From NCBI GenBank assembly GCA_963707385.1, contig CAVPPK010000006.1:262676-326675 (forward strand): 64,000 nt of DNA, written 5' to 3'. Positions 62,953 through 64,000 of this stretch are shown here, in pieces (positions within the stretch are counted from its first letter, which is position 1; each line of letters begins with the position of its first letter). The notes below the pieces were generated by a model. It was not told the DNA's origin. It did no database searches and saw nothing but the letters and a program-made list of their open reading frames with translations. Origin of the DNA: an uncultured bacterium. GTDB taxonomy: Bacteria > Actinomycetota > Actinomycetes > S36-B12. Made by a program: the position numbers and the translations under genes.

Positions 62953-63797
62953 ATGACATTGATCGCCGCCGTGCTCTTCGACCTGGGCGGGACCCTGTTC
63001 GGATACGAGCGCCGCAACGAGATGCGCCGACCCAGCGGCACTCGCCCTGGAGCGAATGGGTCTCTCGGCCGATGACCCAGCAGTCGTCGCCGCCCGACGG
63101 GCGGCGTCGGAGCAGGTCGAGCGCGAGTACGCATCGCAGTCGTTCTTCCTGCACCGGGACCTGTTCCGTGACCGCGTCGCCCGGACGGCCACCCTGCTCG
63201 GCGTGACCCCGTCCGCGGAGGTTCTCGACCGTTTCGACGCCGAGAACCGCCAGGCCATCGTCGACAACCTGATTCCTCGCGAGGATGCCAGGCGGACTCT
63301 CGAGGGGCTGCGGCAGCGGGGCGTCTACGTCGCGGTCGTGTCGAATGCCGATGACGACTACCTCGGCGAGCTTCTCGTCGCGCCACGGCTTCGACGCGCT
63401 GCTGGACGACTGGACCAGCTCGGAGGAGGCGAAGTCGTGCAAGCCCGATCGGCTCATCTACGAGCATGCCCTCGGACTGTCGGGCGCCAGGGCCGAGGAG
63501 ACGCTGTTCGTCGGCGACTCCCTCGAGCACGACATCGCCGGTGCCCATGCCGTGGGCATGCGCACCGCGCTGATCGGGGATCCGGGGACCGTCGCACCGC
63601 TGTCGCATGGTCTCGACGCACCTGTCGATGCCGATTTCACTCTTCGCGACCTTGTCGAGGTACTCGCCATCGTCGACCGACTGAACGGGAGCCTGGCGAT
63701 CGCCGGCCAGGGCGCCAGGGCGCCAGGGCCAGGGCGCCAGGGCGCCAGGGCCAGGGCGCCAGGGCGCCAGGGCGCCAGGGCGACCATGGGCAGGTGA
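62953..63797 (+). CDS. HAD family hydrolase, frameshifts near 63030 and 63380; 3' end extended by a tandem repeat
   Basis: AVLFDLGGTL (manual), VVSNAD, KPD..IY, FVGDSLEHDIAGA..GM. Confidence 0.85.
63706..63781 (+). repeat. Short tandem repeat of GCCAGGGC with two GCCAGG variants (unit lengths 8,8,6,8,8,6,8,8,8,8)
   Basis: Parsed directly; 76 bp. Confidence 0.95.
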
Positions 63798-64000
63798 TCC
63801 GCCCGCTGCTCGCCCTCGACGACGACCAGTCTCCAGAACTGCGCGAGGAGCGCACGCGCGAAGTTCATGCCCGCGAGAGCGGAGGCCGAGGCACAACTCC
63901 GTAGACAGCCCCTTGGCAAACCAGACTCACCTCTTCCTGTGGTTCCTCGCGCTGGTTCAGGACTACATGTACTACCGGGACTTCGAGCGCTTCTACAACG
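63791..64000 (+). pseudogene. Inverted, diverged partial copy of the PEP-utilising gene (matches reverse complement of 60693-60910); runs off window end
   Basis: Shared CCGCCCGCTGCTCGCCCTCGACGACGACC and TTCCTGTGGTTCCTCGCGCTGGTTCAGGACTACATGTACTACCG blocks with a diverged middle. Confidence 0.9.

Noticed and set aside
63706..63781. Possible CRISPR array
   Set aside because: Contiguous 6-8 bp units with no spacers and no cas genes.

Overview
High-GC actinobacterial chromosomal DNA (Zur, Ku/LigD, MMPL, mycothiol-dependent isomerases, many leaderless genes), densely coding, about 65 genes. Roughly a third of the genes carry 1-2 bp frameshifts that look like uncorrected long-read errors, so several calls span more than one ORF. 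No rRNA, tRNA, CRISPR array, integrase or transposase was recognised. Highlights: (1) 0.9-9.9 kb is a reactive-sulfur/metal island (TDT exporter, CxxC membrane protein, Cys-rich microprotein, ECF sigma fused to a zinc anti-sigma motif, DUF2892, PIG-L deacetylase, NifB/NifX-like protein, Zur, zinc-ribbon protein, DCC1-like oxidoreductase, SQR, 47-aa microprotein, CoA-disulfide reductase-rhodanese). It is tied together by four copies of a CsoR/CstR/RicR-type palindrome ATACC-N6-GGTAT and carries a perfect 27-bp Zur box. (2) 10-50 kb is a mosaic of detox, efflux and regulator cassettes, including arr, an orphan HEPN protein lacking its catalytic motif, and Ku plus split LigD. (3) A 1.69-kb tandem duplication (50.9-54.3 kb) whose copies differ mostly at synonymous sites. 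(4) A TM0106 nuclease-helicase. (5) A PEP-utilising small-molecule kinase-like operon (with an EthD-SRPBCC fusion and TetR) divergent from a HAD phosphatase, followed by a GCCAGGGC tandem repeat and an inverted, diverged partial copy of the kinase gene that runs off the window end. All family assignments come from motif recognition by eye; no searches were run.
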